Of a DNA stretch of 64,000 nucleotides, positions 38,396 to 46,820 are shown one piece after another. Positions within the stretch are counted from its first letter, which is position 1; each line of letters starts with the position of its first letter. The position numbers and the translations under genes were made by a program. This stretch comes from Candidatus Aminicenantales bacterium (GTDB lineage Bacteria; Acidobacteriota; Aminicenantia; Aminicenantales; UBA4085), in contig JBEKTZ010000013.1 in NCBI GenBank assembly GCA_049515535.1, forward strand, positions 1-64,000, given 5' to 3'. The notes under the pieces are model-generated. The model was not told where the DNA came from. It saw only the letters and a list, made by a program, of their open reading frames with translations, and ran no database searches.

Positions 38396-40379
38396 GAATC
38401 CTTCACTCCTTCGAGATCAATTGAAAATCATGTTTCTTGAGCCAACGGAGGAAGACGGCCCGAGTCGGTTTTTCCCCCGTGGCGTTTTCATAGGCTTGCT
38501 TCAAATCCATCAACGAGACGAGCTCGCCCCTAGCGGCTTTCTGCCGGAACGGCTCCAGCCATTTCTCTTCCATCCAATAGGCCGCATCAAGAAGGATCCC
38601 GACACTGGAAGACACATTCCTTTGAAAAGCGTCGAATTCGGAGACCGGTCCGGAAACGCTTCCGGCAAGAAAAACATCCGCCCCGGAGACACCCGGCAGA
38701 TAGCGGAAAATATCGTCATTCCCGTCTCCGTTGAAATCCCCGACATACCAGCCGTCAGCCCCGTTCCCGGCGCCCGTCCAGATCCCGGCTGAGACAAATT
38801 GCATCCCGTCCGAGAGAAAGACCTCTGACCCCACGCCGGGGGTGTATCTCATAATGTCGTCCTTCCCGTCGCCGTTGAAATCGCCCACGTACCAGCCGTC
38901 TGTCCCGTTCGTCTCCAGCGTCCAGATCCCGGCTGAGACAAATTGCATCCCGTCCGAGAGAAAGACCTCTGACCCCACGCCGGGGACATACCGGAAAATA
39001 TCGCATTTTCCGTCGCCGTTGAAGTCGCCGACATACCAGCCGTCTGATCCGTTCCCGGCGCCCGTCCAGCTGCCGACCGAGACGAACTGCGTCCCATCGG
39101 ACAGGAACATGTCCGCCCCCGAGATCCCCGGGAGATAGCGGAAGATGTCGTCCTTCCCGTCGCCGTTGAAGTCGCCGACATACCACCCGTCTGATCCGTA
39201 TCCCGCTCCGGTCCAGCTGCCGACGGAGTTGAACTGCGTCCCGTCGGACAGGAACATGTCCGCCCCCGAGATCCCCGGGAGATAGCGGAAGATATCGGCT
39301 TTCCCGTCGCCGTTGAAGTCGCCGACATACCAGCCGTTTGATCCGTATCCCGCCCCGGTCCAGGTGCCGACGGAGTTGAACTTCGTCCCGTCGGACAGGA
39401 ACATGTCCGCCCCCGAGACCCCAGGATAATAGCGGAAGATATCCTTTTTCCCGTCCCCGTTGAAATCGCCGATAAACCAGCCGGCGCCGGCTTTTCCCGC
39501 CCCGGTCCAGCTCCCCGAGTAAACGAAGGCCAGCGATGTTTCGCCCTTCCCTTGCAAGTTCAGGTCGTACGGGTTATTGGCCGGGTCATTGTTCAGCAGC
39601 GAAATCGACGCCGTCTTTTGCCCCACGGAGGTCGCCTTGAACTCGATGATGAACGTCGTGCTCTGGTTGGGCGCCACCGGCGATGTCGGCGCCTGGATGA
39701 CGCTGAACTGGTCCGCGTTGGCTCCGTTGATCACCAGGTTCGTCTGAAGCGTCAGATCGGAATGCCCCGTGTTGTTGATCGTGAAGACGGCCTGGGAGCC
39801 TAGATTCACCATCTGCGTGCCGTAATCATAGGTCCCGCCCTTGGGGATCGTCGTCTGGCCCTGGACGAGCGTCATCCTCGGCGCCGTCAGGTTCGTCCCC
39901 TGGAAGTCCTGGTTCGGCTCATCCGAGGTAATGTGGGCCAGCTCGCGGACGGCCGGGATCCAGGAGCCGTAGCCCGTCTTGCTCGGCGTAATGATCGTGC
40001 TCGAATACGGAGGGACATTATAGGAATAGGTCCCATCCGCCGCCGTGGTCTCCGTATGCCCGTAGAACGAGAACGTGATCGTTACGCCCCCGACCGGGTT
40101 TGTCCCGTCCGTCACCGTGCCCGAGATCCGGTACATTATGGGCGTGCCCTGGAAGTCCTGGTTCGGCTGATCGGCCGTGATGTTCGTTATGGTCCGGCTG
40201 GCCGGGGTCCACGAGGGATAGGCCGCATGAGACGGCGTCACCGTCGTCGTCGTCCCCCGGGGAACCGTATACGAGTACGTCCCGTTCGCCGCAGTACTCT
40301 CCGTGTGGCCGTCATGCGAGAACGTTACCGTCACATTCTGGACAGGGTTTGGCCCGTCCGTCATCTTCCCCGAGATCGT
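38396..40379 (-). repeat. ~1.98-kb direct repeat, copy B (3' part of P3)
   Basis: See copy A. Confidence 0.93.
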
Positions 40380-42356
40380 AAAGGTGCTCGCGCTTGTGCC
40401 GAAGGTCAAATCATCGCCGTAAGAAGTTCCCGCCGCGTTGGTGGCATAAGCTCTCACATGATAAGTCGTGCTCGACGTCAATCCGGTTATCGAACTCGTA
40501 AACCCTCCCGAGCCTGAGCCGTCTGTCGTTTTGCTATCCGCGGTCGTGGGGTTTGCCGAGGTGCTCCAGCACACACCCCTGGCCGTCACCGCCGCTCCGC
40601 CTTCCGCGGTCACGTTCCCTCCGCTAGTGGCGGTGGAGAAGGCTATGTCAGAAACGGCTGTCGTCGTCACCGTCGGGATATCAGCGGAGATCTTGGCTAT
40701 GAAAACGTCCCACCCCGTCTGATCTGTCTGGTACTGGTTCAGGGTCGGAAAATTCGTGCTTTGCGTCCATCCGGTCACATAAGCATTGCCGCTGCCGTCC
40801 ACCGCTATTCCTTCGCCATAGTCGGTGCCACTCCCACCCAGGTAGGTGGAGTAAACCAGGCTGTCATTGCCGCTCTTCGTCGTGTCGATCTTTGTCACGA
40901 AGGCATCAGTGCTCGCCTGATCTGTCTGGTACTGGTTCAGGGTCGGAAAATTCGTGCTTTGCGTCCATCCGGTCACATAAGCATTGCCGCTGCCGTCCAC
41001 CGCTATTCCATAGCCATAATCGGTGCCACTCCCTCCCAGGTAGGTGGAGTAGACCAGGCTGTCATTGCCGCTCTTCGTCGTGTCGATCTTTGTCACGAAG
41101 ACATCGTAGTTTCCATCTCCTGGATCTGTCTGGTACTGGTTCAGGGTCGGAAAATCCGTGCTAGACGTGTATCCGGTCACATAGGCATTACCGCTGCCGT
41201 CCACCGCTATTCCATAGCCATAATCCTGGCTACTCCCGCCCAGATAGGTGGAGTAAACCAGGCTGTCATTGCCGCTCTTCGTCGTGTCGATCTTTGTCAC
41301 GAAGACATCCGTATTCGCCTTATCTGTCTGGTACTGGTTCAGGGTGGGAAAATTCGTGCTTAACGTGTATCCGGTCACATAGGCATTGCCGCTGCCGTCC
41401 ACCGCTATTCCTTGGCCATAATCGTCGCTATTCCCACCCAGGTAAGTGGAGTAGGCCAGGACCACGGGATCGATGACCAGCTCCAGGCCCGCATCGTAGG
41501 CCCCGACTTCGAACCCGTAGGCGTTCTCGCCGATCATCTTGAAGGCCGACTCGACAGCTACCCGTGTCCCGTTCCCCGATCGGCCTTCCACTGACAGCTT
41601 TGCCCCGGCCTCCTGATAGGCCGCCGGCTTCTTGTGCACGAGCTCCCCGAACCCCGTCTCGACGAGCAGGTTACCCGCCTCATCCACCCGCGTCCCTTTC
41701 ATATTCCTGTATTCGAACCGGATGTCCCGGGGATTCCCCCCGGGACGGACGATCCAGTCATACTCGATCCGGCTTTCGATCCCGTAAACCTTCAGATCGA
41801 TCCGATCATAGATATTCCTGTAGAGAACGGCCCCTGACGTGGGCACGGCCGTGTGCCATTTCGCCGGATCGTTGCCGATGAAATAATTGACCTTGAGGGC
41901 GGTCTCATCCACGGGGACAATCTCCGGATGTTTGGCGGCATTTAGAAAGACGAGCCTGGAGACATCCCGCTCGTATCGGCGATCCTCACGCTTTTCCGGC
42001 CGGAGAGAGGGCTCTTTTCCGGCGGCCGGAGCCTCCGCGCGCTCGGACTTGAAACTGTCGAAGACAAGCCCTTTCTCGGTCAGCCAGAGCGTATAGCGGG
42101 CCGCTTTGGCATAAAAGAGCGCCCGGCCGTCGACCTGACCCCGGTTAGCCGTGAAATAAAGGGGAAGGCTCCCGAAATCGAGGTGAAGACCGGAGGGATT
42201 CCCGGTCGGCTGAGGCTTGAGGTCGGGGACTTGGGCTGGCCGCCCCGGGGGGAAAGTCCGCGGGCTAGATGACCCTGGATGGGGCGCGACGGGGCTCACG
42301 GTCATGCCTGCACAGAGCAGAATGCCAATGAAGAGGACAAAAAGCGTCTTTCTCAT
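38403..42356 (-). CDS. P3: secreted SBBP beta-propeller-repeat protein + FN3-like + same C-terminal half as P2
   Basis: GGAGGGGGAG RBS, signal peptide, LPLYFTANRGQ...VNYFIGNDP...LVIDPVVLAYSTYLGG, four YSTYLGG...IAVDGSGNAYVTG repeats, GDFNGDG x6. Confidence 0.9.
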   Translation of the reverse strand: MRKTLFVLFIGILLCAGMTVSPVAPHPGSSSPRTFPPGRPAQVPDLKPQPTGNPSGLHLDFGSLPLYFTANRGQVDGRALFYAKAARYTLWLTEKGLVFDSFKSERAEAPAAGKEPSLRPEKREDRRYERDVSRLVFLNAAKHPEIVPVDETALKVNYFIGNDPAKWHTAVPTSGAVLYRNIYDRIDLKVYGIESRIEYDWIVRPGGNPRDIRFEYRNMKGTRVDEAGNLLVETGFGELVHKKPAAYQEAGAKLSVEGRSGNGTRVAVESAFKMIGENAYGFEVGAYDAGLELVIDPVVLAYSTYLGGNSDDYGQGIAVDGSGNAYVTGYTLSTNFPTLNQYQTDKANTDVFVTKIDTTKSGNDSLVYSTYLGGSSQDYGYGIAVDGSGNAYVTGYTSSTDFPTLNQYQTDPGDGNYDVFVTKIDTTKSGNDSLVYSTYLGGSGTDYGYGIAVDGSGNAYVTGWTQSTNFPTLNQYQTDQASTDAFVTKIDTTKSGNDSLVYSTYLGGSGTDYGEGIAVDGSGNAYVTGWTQSTNFPTLNQYQTDQTGWDVFIAKISADIPTVTTTAVSDIAFSTATSGGNVTAEGGAAVTARGVCWSTSANPTTADSKTTDGSGSGGFTSSITGLTSSTTYHVRAYATNAAGTSYGDDLTFGTSASTFTISGKMTDGPNPVQNVTVTFSHDGHTESTAANGTYSYTVPRGTTTTVTPSHAAYPSWTPASRTITNITADQPNQDFQGTPIMYRISGTVTDGTNPVGGVTITFSFYGHTETTAADGTYSYNVPPYSSTIITPSKTGYGSWIPAVRELAHITSDEPNQDFQGTNLTAPRMTLVQGQTTIPKGGTYDYGTQMVNLGSQAVFTINNTGHSDLTLQTNLVINGANADQFSVIQAPTSPVAPNQSTTFIIEFKATSVGQKTASISLLNNDPANNPYDLNLQGKGETSLAFVYSGSWTGAGKAGAGWFIGDFNGDGKKDIFRYYPGVSGADMFLSDGTKFNSVGTWTGAGYGSNGWYVGDFNGDGKADIFRYLPGISGADMFLSDGTQFNSVGSWTGAGYGSDGWYVGDFNGDGKDDIFRYLPGISGADMFLSDGTQFVSVGSWTGAGNGSDGWYVGDFNGDGKCDIFRYVPGVGSEVFLSDGMQFVSAGIWTLETNGTDGWYVGDFNGDGKDDIMRYTPGVGSEVFLSDGMQFVSAGIWTGAGNGADGWYVGDFNGDGNDDIFRYLPGVSGADVFLAGSVSGPVSEFDAFQRNVSSSVGILLDAAYWMEEKWLEPFRQKAARGELVSLMDLKQAYENATGEKPTRAVFLRWLKKHDFQLISKE
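40700..41456 (-). repeat. Four SBBP repeats (180-186 bp)
   Basis: Near-identical YSTYLGG..DYG.GIAVDGSGNAYVTG.T.STNFPTLNQYQTD units. Confidence 0.92.
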
Positions 42357-42408
42357 CTCCCCCTCCTCCAGATAAAAATACTATCGCAGAAGAAAACAGC
42401 GTGGAATA

Positions 42409-42438
42409 ATAATAAATCTTTAAAATTAAAAAAGTCAA
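42409..42438 (-). promoter_or_regulatory. Sigma70-type promoter for P3
   Basis: TTGACT-18 nt-TATTAT, 52 nt upstream of the ATG. Confidence 0.55.
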
Positions 42439-42577
42439 GGATTTGCCCTCGTAATTTTAGGGCGGTTTTGGCATAATGCATGCAGGTTCTCCTCTGGTAT
42501 AGCTACCGTATGCCAGCTTTCGGGCTGGGCATCTGGAGACCCCATTGGGGACAGGGGACCGCGTCCCCGAAAACTGT

Positions 42578-42645
42578 TCGACAGCGGCTGGGGCCCCGGG
42601 CTTTGCCCGGGGGTCCGCGTCCGCCGTGAAGGCTCGTCCCTTGAC
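42578..42645 (+). repeat. 68-bp intergenic hairpin element, copy 3
   Basis: 66/68 identical to copy 1. Confidence 0.9.
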
Positions 42646-42705
42646 GGTCAGTTAATAGGGATGTATCAGCGCAATATGATGAAGTCCGGCCTTGCTATTT
42701 GGTCG

Positions 42706-44778
42706 TCAGCGGTCTTGGTAGGTGATATTTCCGACGGCGACGCCCAAATCGCGTGGGTCTGGAACGCCCGCCGTTTTCAGGGGATTCCAAGTCCGGTCGA
42801 TCTTGATGAGCAGGATGACATCCTGGCCGACCTCTTCGGGGACGGCCAGGACAACGTCTTGCCATTCGTTCCGGGCAAGAGTGATTTCTTTGACGAGCCT
42901 TTTCTGCCGGAAAAGATCTTTCACGAAATAAAGCCGAATCGTGATGGGTTTTTTCTGGATGTCCGGATGGGACGCATGGAGAGGAAGGACGAGAATCGGC
43001 TTTTCGATCTTGAGGGTCAAACCTCCATAGTTTCGCGTCCAGCGGAATTCCCGCCCCTCATTGTCCTTTTCGGCGGGATAAAGACCGAAATCTTGTTTCA
43101 AATGAAACCTTTCGGTTCGGCTTTGCAAGGACAAAGAATGGGCTGAATTCCAGAGGTGGATACCCGCCAGGAGCACGACGAGAACAACCGTCCAGGCCCG
43201 GACTCGTTTGGAAAGCCCAGCCTTCCGCGGGGGCTCTGCGGGCGCCGGAGTGTCATCCGGCCCGGGCTGGACGAACATGCTTATGGCTAAGAGCCAGAAC
43301 ATATATTTCACTTCGTAGCTTCCGATATACGTGTGAAATTGGATGTTCACGAAATAGGAGATGAGGCCGGCGATCGCTGCAAGCTGCACGAATCTCCATC
43401 GGCCCGACCAAGGATTGGAACGATACGCCCGCCTCATTTGGCGGATGAGTTCCCAGAAAATCCAGAGGACGAGAATGACACCGGGCAAGCCAAGCTCCGA
43501 ACCGGTCTGGAGAAGGTAGTTCTCGGCGGATTCCCCGATCGGCCAGCTTTTTTTGAGGGTTTCGGCGTAATTCGAGATTTCAACGGTGTAGGCTCCGATG
43601 CCGACGCCGGTCAAGGGATAGTCTTTCATCATGACGACGGCGCTTTCCCAGTTGTCCGCCCAGCGCTTGTGAATGAGATTATCTAAAGAGCTTTTCTTCT
43701 GGAGGTCGCTGACCTTGAGCCTGAGCTTGTAGAAGAGCTTCGAGTCTTTTGAGATCATGAGGCTCGCCGTGAGGAGGAGAACGCAGCCGAGGACGACGGC
43801 GGCCAGTCGAATGAGCTTTCGCCGGTGCGCCGGATCGGCCGTTCGGTTTTTCCTGATTTGTTCGAGATACATCAGGAAAAAGGCCAGAAGAGCCACGAGG
43901 ATTCCCAGGAAGCCGCTGCCCGATCCCGTAAAAGGAAGAAGGAACAGACTGGCGACGAGGATCGTACCCGAAAAGATTTTCGCCGCCGGCTTGCGGAGAA
44001 AAAGAATCCCGAGCATCAGGGGAAGCATCATCCCGAGAAAAGCGCCGAAGGAGTTGGGGTCTTTGAATGTCGCGTTGAGCGTCCCCATGCTCACCCGGAG
44101 CGGCGTGTTGCCGAAATCGATATGGCCGAGACGTTGATAAAGCCCGACGCCAATGGCCGCGGCCGTGCCCGAGAACAGCGCGGCCCAGAGGAGACGGAGA
44201 TTTTTAAAAGAGGACGTCAAATGGAGAAGGATGAACAGAAACGCCATTGCGCTTAAATAATTCAGGGCGTAGAAGACGCTGCTCATGACCGCTCCGCCGG
44301 CCGTTACGTGGACGACGTTCGTGACAAGCTCATAGAAGGCGTCCGATAGAAAGGGAGGGAAATTCGCGAAGCGAAGGATCGTGATGACGGCTGACACGCT
44401 CACGAGCAGGGCGAAGAGGGCCATGGGCTTCAGAATGCCGGGACGGTCGGGGAGTTCGGTTCGGTCAAAACAGCGGTGGATGAGCCAGCCCAGGAAAAAA
44501 AATAGGAACAGAACGAGCGCCGTGGGAGCGTGGGGAGTTGACTCGAAAATCTTGAAAAAATACGGAAGACTGTTGATGAGGGGAAAGAGAAAGCAGAAAA
44601 CGGCCGTTCCCCAGAGCGGCGCGGCCGCGGTGAGGACGGCCGTCAGCGCCAACAGCGGAGCGAGGACGGCTTGGAACGGCCCGGCGAGCGGCACATAGAT
44701 GAAGTAAAATTTGGCCAGGGCAAGAGTGTAAACCGCCGTGAGGACGATCGTCGGCCAGGACGCTTTTTTAGAAGCCAT
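42706..44778 (-). CDS. O-antigen ligase / O-oligosaccharyltransferase family (Wzy_C) protein with C-terminal soluble domain
   Basis: ATFKDPNSFG, YPLTGVGIGAY, AENYLLQTGSELGLPG, many TMs. Confidence 0.82.
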   Translation of the reverse strand: MASKKASWPTIVLTAVYTLALAKFYFIYVPLAGPFQAVLAPLLALTAVLTAAAPLWGTAVFCFLFPLINSLPYFFKIFESTPHAPTALVLFLFFFLGWLIHRCFDRTELPDRPGILKPMALFALLVSVSAVITILRFANFPPFLSDAFYELVTNVVHVTAGGAVMSSVFYALNYLSAMAFLFILLHLTSSFKNLRLLWAALFSGTAAAIGVGLYQRLGHIDFGNTPLRVSMGTLNATFKDPNSFGAFLGMMLPLMLGILFLRKPAAKIFSGTILVASLFLLPFTGSGSGFLGILVALLAFFLMYLEQIRKNRTADPAHRRKLIRLAAVVLGCVLLLTASLMISKDSKLFYKLRLKVSDLQKKSSLDNLIHKRWADNWESAVVMMKDYPLTGVGIGAYTVEISNYAETLKKSWPIGESAENYLLQTGSELGLPGVILVLWIFWELIRQMRRAYRSNPWSGRWRFVQLAAIAGLISYFVNIQFHTYIGSYEVKYMFWLLAISMFVQPGPDDTPAPAEPPRKAGLSKRVRAWTVVLVVLLAGIHLWNSAHSLSLQSRTERFHLKQDFGLYPAEKDNEGREFRWTRNYGGLTLKIEKPILVLPLHASHPDIQKKPITIRLYFVKDLFRQKRLVKEITLARNEWQDVVLAVPEEVGQDVILLIKIDRTWNPLKTAGVPDPRDLGVAVGNITYQDR

Positions 44779-44855
44779 GGGTCAATAATGATTTATTTCG
44801 GGATGGAGCCTTTCGCCAGGAAATATCCGGTTGCTGGGCGTTGGCCGGAGAGCCA

Positions 44856-46814
44856 TCAGTGAACGAATTTGGGCGGAAGCTCTCTCGTTGCGTTTTTGTC
44901 GCGATAGCCAATGTTCATCGCCTTCAGGAATTCGATGATTCGTTTTTCATCGCCGGACTCGGCGGCCCGCATGAGCCCGGACAGATTCTTGGCGAACTCC
45001 GCAGTTTTGACTTCGAGCGGAGGGGCGATGAAGATCTTTTTGAAATGCGTGACCTTGGCCCTCTCTTCGTCGACCAGGATCTCTTCGAAGAGCTTCTCCC
45101 CGGGTCTTAGGCCGATGTACTCGATCTCAAAGTCATCTTCGGAATATCCCGAAAGCTTGATCAGGTCTTTGGCTAAATCGAGGACCCGAATCGGCTCTCC
45201 CATGTCCAGGACGAAGATCTCTCCTTTATGGCCGATCGTGCCCGCCTGGATGATAAGCTGAACGGCCTCAGAGATCGACATGAAATAGCGCATCACCTCG
45301 GGATCGGTGACCGTGATCGGCCCGCCTTCGGAAATCTGCTTCTGGAAGAGCGGAACGACGCTGCCCCGGCTACCCAGAACATTGCCGAACCTGACGCAGG
45401 AGAACCGGGTCGAACTTCCGGCGGCGATGTCCTGGATGATGATTTCGCCGATCTTTTTCGTGGCGCCCATCACGCTGGTCGGATTCACAGCCTTATCCGT
45501 GGAAATGAAGATCATATTTTTGGCGCCCCACCGTTCGGCGAGCCGCGAGATGTTCTGGGTTCCGGCGACATTGTTCAGGATGGCTTCGGGAATATTGTAC
45601 TCCATGAGAGGCACGTGCTTATGAGCGGCCGCGTGAAAGATGATATCCGGCCTGTAGCGCTCAAAAATGGAATTCATTCTCACGAGATTCCGGACATCGG
45701 CGACGAGCGGGCGAATGGGGATCCTATGATCTTGGCGGAGTTCATGATCGATCTCGTAGACGCTGTTTTCGTCCTTGTCAAGCAGAATCAGTTCCTTCGG
45801 CGGAAACATGGAGAGCTGGCGGCACAATTCCGAACCGATTGACCCTCCCGCGCCCGTCACCAGAATCTTCTGGTTCAGATAATGGGACGTGATCTCGGGC
45901 AGATAGTTCTTAAAAAGGACGACGCTCCGGCCGAGAAGATCGTCGATATTGATCTCCCGGATCTTTGTGATCTTGATCTTGTCATCGAACATTTCAAACA
46001 GCCCGGGGACGATTTTAACCTTGACCTGGGTCCCTTCACAGACCTCGACGATCCGCCGAATGTCCTTGGACGAAGCATTGGCGATCGTGATGATCGCCTC
46101 ATCGATGTTCAGGGCCGAGACGATCGCCGGGATATGGTCGGTGTTGCCTAAAACCTTAACGCCCTGGACGAAGGTCTGGCGCTTCCCCGGATCATCGTCG
46201 ATGAATCCGACTACGTCCAGTCCCAAATCCGCCCGTTGACGCAGCTCGCGCATGACCATGTTCCCGGCATTTCCGGCGCCGATGAGGATCGCCCTTTTTC
46301 TTTGGACTTGGATCCCCTTGTCCTCAAAATGGGTCCGCTCAGAGTGCTCAAAAACAAGCCGGCGGATCATCCGGATGCTTAGGGTTGCAAGCAAGACGAG
46401 GAGGAAATCGAGGGCGATGACGCTGTAAGGGAAGCGGAAAAGCTCGAGACGGCGCGGAAGGACGAGCCGTCCGATAAACAGGAGGGACGGCACGGGAAGA
46501 CAGGCTTTGAAGACGGAGACCGTGTCCAGGATGGAAATATACCTCCAAGCGATCGAATACACGGAAAAAATCTGAAAACTCAAATGACGGGCGAGGGCGA
46601 TGAAGGGGAAAAAGATGAGCATTTGTTTGAGATTGATTGGATCGGGCAGGCCCTCGAACCTGATAAAAAAAGCGAGGAAAAACGAAAAAATAAAAATCGA
46701 GAGATCGATCAGGATTTGATTGATTTTTTGCGAAAAAATCCCCTCAGTGCCTGCGAAATCATTCCTCATCTTACTCATACCTGGTTGTCGTTGCGTTCTC
46801 ATATACTTTACCAC
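44856..46814 (-). CDS. PglF/CapD/WbpM-like membrane nucleotide-sugar 4,6-dehydratase
   Basis: Four N-terminal TMs, IGAGNAG, GAGGSIGSEL, HAAAHKHVP, STDKAVNPTSVMGATK. Start uncertain. Confidence 0.92.
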   Translation of the reverse strand: MVKYMRTQRQPGMSKMRNDFAGTEGIFSQKINQILIDLSIFIFSFFLAFFIRFEGLPDPINLKQMLIFFPFIALARHLSFQIFSVYSIAWRYISILDTVSVFKACLPVPSLLFIGRLVLPRRLELFRFPYSVIALDFLLVLLATLSIRMIRRLVFEHSERTHFEDKGIQVQRKRAILIGAGNAGNMVMRELRQRADLGLDVVGFIDDDPGKRQTFVQGVKVLGNTDHIPAIVSALNIDEAIITIANASSKDIRRIVEVCEGTQVKVKIVPGLFEMFDDKIKITKIREINIDDLLGRSVVLFKNYLPEITSHYLNQKILVTGAGGSIGSELCRQLSMFPPKELILLDKDENSVYEIDHELRQDHRIPIRPLVADVRNLVRMNSIFERYRPDIIFHAAAHKHVPLMEYNIPEAILNNVAGTQNISRLAERWGAKNMIFISTDKAVNPTSVMGATKKIGEIIIQDIAAGSSTRFSCVRFGNVLGSRGSVVPLFQKQISEGGPITVTDPEVMRYFMSISEAVQLIIQAGTIGHKGEIFVLDMGEPIRVLDLAKDLIKLSGYSEDDFEIEYIGLRPGEKLFEEILVDEERAKVTHFKKIFIAPPLEVKTAEFAKNLSGLMRAAESGDEKRIIEFLKAMNIGYRDKNATRELPPKFVH

Positions 46815-46820
46815 ATTTTA

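Noticed and set aside
33393..39138. Paired plus-strand ORFs (33393/38310, 33766/38731) that look like a conserved gene family
   Set aside because: Their similarity follows from the 2-kb duplication and coding repeats on the minus strand.
33428..40379. Diversity-generating retroelement TR/VR pair
   Set aside because: Both copies are coding and about 2 kb. Differences are not visibly adenine-restricted, and there is no reverse transcriptase in the window.
31380..41456. Tandem repeats as a CRISPR array
   Set aside because: Units are 144-186 bp, in-frame coding repeats with no unique spacers, and there are no cas genes.
42501..42516. Minus-strand sigma54 promoter for P3 (TGGCATACGGTAGC)
   Set aside because: GG-to-GC spacing is 9 rather than the required 10 nt.
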